Source: Bdellovibrionota bacterium (GTDB lineage: Bacteria; Bdellovibrionota_C; UBA2361). From it: DNA of 17,040 nucleotides. The translations under genes were made by a program, and so were the position numbers. Position 1 is the stretch's first letter, and every line of letters begins with the position of its first letter. A model generated the notes under the pieces. The model was not told where the DNA came from. It worked only from the letters and a program-made list of their open reading frames with translations, and did not search any database. This document shows positions 15,186 to 17,040 of this stretch, piece after piece. The stretch covers positions 1-17,040 of the forward strand of contig JBILDU010000067.1 of assembly GCA_044352465.1 (NCBI GenBank), given 5' to 3'.

Positions 15186-15215
15186 AGTATAGGGGCAGCA
15201 TTTGGTGCCGGTCAA
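15186..15215 (-). promoter_or_regulatory. Sigma70 promoter of the LysM lipoprotein gene
   Basis: The minus strand reads TTGACC-N18-TATACT-N9-ATG. Confidence 0.6.
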
Positions 15216-15283
15216 TCGAGAGAAAAAGGCCGGAAACCTTGCCGGAGCGACTGGTTACCTCGGGGTCGGGAAACTTCTCCTCG

Positions 15284-15313
15284 TTTACAGGTTTTTAGTC
15301 GATACGTTATAGT
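15284..15313 (+). promoter_or_regulatory. Sigma70 promoter of the BtuF-like gene
   Basis: TTTACA-N18-TATAGT, 45 nt upstream of ATG 15359. Confidence 0.55.
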
Positions 15314-15358
15314 GAGACGTCATTTTGCCCCTGAGAGGTTCGGGCGTTTGGTAAAAGT

Positions 15359-16270
15359 ATGAGAATCGTTTCGCTCGAGCCATTCCTAACCGAGCTTATC
15401 TGCTACCTCGGGCGCGAGAGTGAGTTGGTGGGGATTTCGCACCGTTGCGATGCTCCCGAATCGGTGCTCTCTTTGCCTCGGGTTACGGCTGAGGACGAAA
15501 CTTTGCCGCGCTCTCTGGCGGCTCTCTCCCGCTACCCGGTGCGTATCGATGATATCATCGCGCTGTCTCCGGATCTCGTCCTCACCTCGGTCGTCAGCGA
15601 ATCTGATACTGTTGCAGCCACGGTCCTGAGCTTGACCGAAGGGCTTCGAGCTCTCTGTGGGAATAACGTCCGGGTCTTGAGTTACGCACCGCGTAGTCTC
15701 GATGGTGTTTTTGAGATGTTTGAGCGGAGCGGAAAGGATCTTGGAGTCGCCGGGGTAGGGCACGAGCTCGCCCAACGTTCAAAGGCCCAGATGATGGACT
15801 GGGCCGATAGTTTCTACGAGCGCATTAAAAATAAACGGGTCGCTTTTCTCGAGAGTGTCGACCCACTCCAACTAGGTGGATATTGGATACCCGACATGAT
15901 TCGGTTTGCCTCGGCTATAAGCATGGAGCTGCCCCGCGGGGAGTCGGGCACTCTCATAAAGTGGGATGATATCGTCGCCTTTAATCCGGATGTCATCGTG
16001 GTTGCTCCACGGGGGTTCGATCTGCTCGGGTCGGCGCGCCTTTTTAAAGTCTTTGAGAAATATCGTGGTTGGGAGAGTATCGCTGCGGTGAAGCGGGGCG
16101 AGGTGATTTTTGCCCCAGGCAAGGGGCTTTTTGATCGCCCTGGGCCGCGTATCCGTGAAGCGATGGCGGTCCTGATTTCAGCGATAGCTGGACTCGAGAG
16201 TGGCTATATTACCCCGCGGGACAGCTTCTATAGACTCCGGTGGCTTGAGTTGCAGCGGCATCGATTCTGA
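15359..16270 (+). CDS. BtuF/TroA-like cobalamin or Fe-siderophore binding protein (helical backbone fold) without a signal peptide
   Basis: Motifs RIVSL.P..TE....LG, LVGISHRCD.P, IIALSPDLVL, GGYWIPDMI, NPDVIVV, AVKRGEV and FDRPGPR. Confidence 0.85.
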   Translation: MRIVSLEPFLTELICYLGRESELVGISHRCDAPESVLSLPRVTAEDETLPRSLAALSRYPVRIDDIIALSPDLVLTSVVSESDTVAATVLSLTEGLRALCGNNVRVLSYAPRSLDGVFEMFERSGKDLGVAGVGHELAQRSKAQMMDWADSFYERIKNKRVAFLESVDPLQLGGYWIPDMIRFASAISMELPRGESGTLIKWDDIVAFNPDVIVVAPRGFDLLGSARLFKVFEKYRGWESIAAVKRGEVIFAPGKGLFDRPGPRIREAMAVLISAIAGLESGYITPRDSFYRLRWLELQRHRF

Positions 16271-16514
16271 GGATACACTGCCGTCGTTTGCCCTAGGGTA
16301 ACCTTGGATTTAATGAATAGCTCCCGCCGGTGGGAACTGTTCAGGGACTCCGAGTAACGTTCGCGCTCGTGCGTTCGTTGGCGCGAAGCCCTCGTGGGGC
16401 TCGTTGGGAAGACGCTCAGAGCGGAATGTCGCTCAAAGCGTGAGGTGCGCCGTCGCCCCAATTTGGATGAGCGTACCCTTCCCTTAAAGTTCATTAGAAA
16501 AACGAGGCGAGGCG

Positions 16515-16946
16515 ATGAACGATAAGTTTCTTGATGACTCGAATTGGTTCACCGTTTGCGGTGCCGCAGACCGAGCTTTTGCGGTTCGGGTTCAGGAGCG
16601 GGTCGGCCAGCGAATTGCATCGGGGAAGTACTCTGCCAACGATACTCGGCAAGTGGGAGAGCTTCATCATCTGGGTGGGCAGGGCACCGCGACCGTCTCT
16701 TCCGAGGCGCTTCAGCAACTTCGGCGACTTTGCCAGCTGTGGGACATCGATTTAAAGCCGACGCCAAATATAACCTCCCACCGAAAAATCATCGGCCCTC
16801 TCATCGTCTTGATGAAGCGGCTTGCTTTTCCAATCGTTCGCTTCTTCATGCGCGAAACCTTGAGGCAACAAAGGGATTTTAACGCGGCGGTTCTGGAGGC
16901 GGTGGCCCGAATCACCATCGAGCAATCTCGTCGCTCCTCCCCGTAG
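16515..16946 (+). CDS. Hypothetical protein with an SHR..GP..K..R..QQ..FN helical motif, of the kind found in glycan biosynthesis loci
   Basis: GAGG SD; ITSHRKIIGPLIVLMKRLAFPIVRFFMRETLRQQRDFNAAV. The family link is recalled, not from a search. Confidence 0.7.
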   Translation: MNDKFLDDSNWFTVCGAADRAFAVRVQERVGQRIASGKYSANDTRQVGELHHLGGQGTATVSSEALQQLRRLCQLWDIDLKPTPNITSHRKIIGPLIVLMKRLAFPIVRFFMRETLRQQRDFNAAVLEAVARITIEQSRRSSP

Positions 16947-17040
16947 TCGGTCCAGGCAGTTCGTAGTGCCGGTTTTTGCCTCGATATTTCATAGAACTCT
17001 CGAAGTAAACCGCCCTGACATGGATGCGGGCAAGCTCTTA

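Noticed and set aside
16228..16494. 88-aa minus-strand ORF across the structured gap
   Set aside because: Arg/Ser-rich, no SD or motif, and it overlaps the end of the BtuF-like gene.

Overview
Mostly core chromosomal DNA from a fairly GC-rich, probably Gram-negative bacterium. The gene set looks deltaproteobacteria-like (Bdellovibrionota/Myxococcota type), but this is inference only. From left to right: RNase P RNA (5' end cut by the window edge); a five-gene + strand operon (DPM1/ArnC-like GT2, HAD-UbiA fusion, DprE1-like, DprE2-like, TPR protein) predicted to make polyprenyl-phospho-D-arabinofuranose; dnaB preceded by a degenerate NYN/LabA protein; a Tat lipoprotein with a Cys-less L,D-transpeptidase domain, divergent from a lytic transglycosylase and ispF; purN; two secreted hypothetical proteins; a CXXC-less Mrp/ApbC ATPase; secG and tRNA-Leu(GAG); a 174-nt G-poor tract and three 18-nt direct repeats; a LysM lipoprotein; a BtuF-like binding protein without a signal peptide; a hairpin-dense intergenic region; and a small glycan-locus-type hypothetical protein. 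I found no transposase, integrase or CRISPR array. The best leads are the mycobacterial-type arabinose pathway with the benzothiazinone-target Cys, an exact 17-bp motif shared by two intergenic regions, the tract and repeats after the tRNA, a candidate structured RNA at 16292-16495, probable near-leaderless genes, and several enzyme homologues that have lost catalytic residues.
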